Assembly (NCBI RefSeq): GCF_001194135.2
Contig: NC_068984.1
Location: 11,924,266 to 11,988,265, forward strand
Length of the DNA: 64,000 nucleotides
Reading direction: 5' to 3'
Source of the DNA: Octopus bimaculoides
Lineage: Eukaryota
Shown: piece by piece, positions 63,150 through 64,000 of the stretch
Layout of the letters: every line of letters begins with the position of its first letter
How positions within the stretch are numbered: position 1 is the stretch's first letter
Program-made: the position numbers and the translations under genes
Notes under the pieces: model-generated
Told to the model about the DNA's origin: nothing
The model's input: only the letters and a program-made list of their open reading frames with translations
The model's database searches: none

Positions 63150-63900
63150 ACACAGTCCAACATAGTATCACTGAAAGAGCTTTATGTCACCTTTGTTCTG
63201 CCAACTACAATTCTCAATCAATTGAGCTATTTCCACTTAACCCACCTTACATTCACTCTGGGTGACACCATTTCCAATGTTATTGAAGGTGGTAGACTAC
63301 TGGGTTTTTCCTTCCCAGTCATTCTTAGCACACTAGGCCTGAGATTGTCAAATGTTTGTTGGTTAAAGACAGCTTGTGATTAGACAACAGGAAGCATTAA
63401 GGACTGAATCTAACTTCTTTGTAAGAGTAAATCTATCCTACAATAAGCTGGTGTACTCAGGAACAAAATAATAGAAAGGATAGTTGAATAGAGAGGTTGT
63501 GGACTTGCATCTCCTATTGCAATTGTGAGCTTGCTGACAATGTTGCTGTAAGCACTGAATTTTGCTTTTAACTTCTGGATCTGGGTCTTGAAGTTGAGAT
63601 GTATACCAGAAGTAACATTTAAGTATCCTGAGTATTCCACCTTTCCACAAAGTTACTTGAAGTTGGCATTTTGGTTTGGCACAGAGGTAGTTCTCTTCAT
63701 AAATCAATATATTTCACCATTTCTTCATTAGTCATTGGTGTAGAAGTTGGAAAGTAAAGGAAAAAGCATGTGCTTAAGGTAGAAAAACCTATACCATCTA
63801 CCACTAGAGTCCAAATATATCTCACTCTCCAGCCTATTTTCAATCAACTCTGGAAGGCAAATATTCTTTATAATCTATACAACTTTGCTGAATAGGTCTC
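63150..63900 (-). mobile_element. I/Jockey-group (Ingi/Vingi-like) LINE relic
   Basis: EYSGYLNVT...LNFKTQIQKLKAK...NIVSKL..AIGDASPQPL resembles YLGVTLD..LTFK.HI.K.KAK...NN.L.KL...WGA. Confidence 0.65.
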
Positions 63901-64000
63901 AAGAATTTACTGTGGTGTTACATGCTGCAGAGGATCTTCAAGGACCCACTAGTTCTTAAAATCATCCTTTGGTATGCTGAGAAGTTTTAGTACATGGTTT

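Noticed and set aside
1-64000. CRISPR array, operon or prokaryotic defence system
   Set aside because: There are no regularly spaced direct repeats with unique spacers and coding density is very low. The DNA is eukaryotic and repeat-rich.

Overview
AT-rich eukaryotic genomic DNA with two assembly gaps (N-runs at 38551-38617 and 43067-43076). The repeat families present (tRNA-headed SINEs, the CATCATCAT...CCATGCTGGCATGG RTE-tail repeat, TTAA-CCCTTT MITEs) are ones I associate with octopus genomes. The taxon is therefore inferred as Octopus / coleoid cephalopod from recall, not from a search. No intact protein-coding gene, tRNA, rRNA or CRISPR array is recognisable. Most ORF-track entries are transposon fragments, microsatellite read-through or chance. 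Supported content is a dense fossil record of mobile elements: three mariner derivatives, two Tc1 relics, a maT-type relic, a hAT (Buster/Charlie-like) transposase relic plus hAT MITEs, piggyBac-type TTAA MITEs, RTE, CR1-like, R4/Dong-like and Ingi/Vingi-like LINE relics, a probable Penelope-like fold-back, and many SINEs. The notable structure is an unusual number of intramolecular inverted repeats: a ~390-bp fold-back (15276-15664), two pre-miRNA-sized hairpins (16672-16779, 19744-19829), a long-TIR MITE with lopsided CpG decay (38846-39481), tandem hairpins (49239-49318), a mariner built from two 3' ends that share a frameshift (57952-58828), and a perfect 42-bp palindrome (59213-59254). 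There are also two SINEs stacked at one 15-bp target (6455-6934). Weakly supported candidate exons suggest a plus-strand spliced transcript (~4.9-24.1 kb) and an orphan minus-strand 3' end (60.4-62.6 kb).
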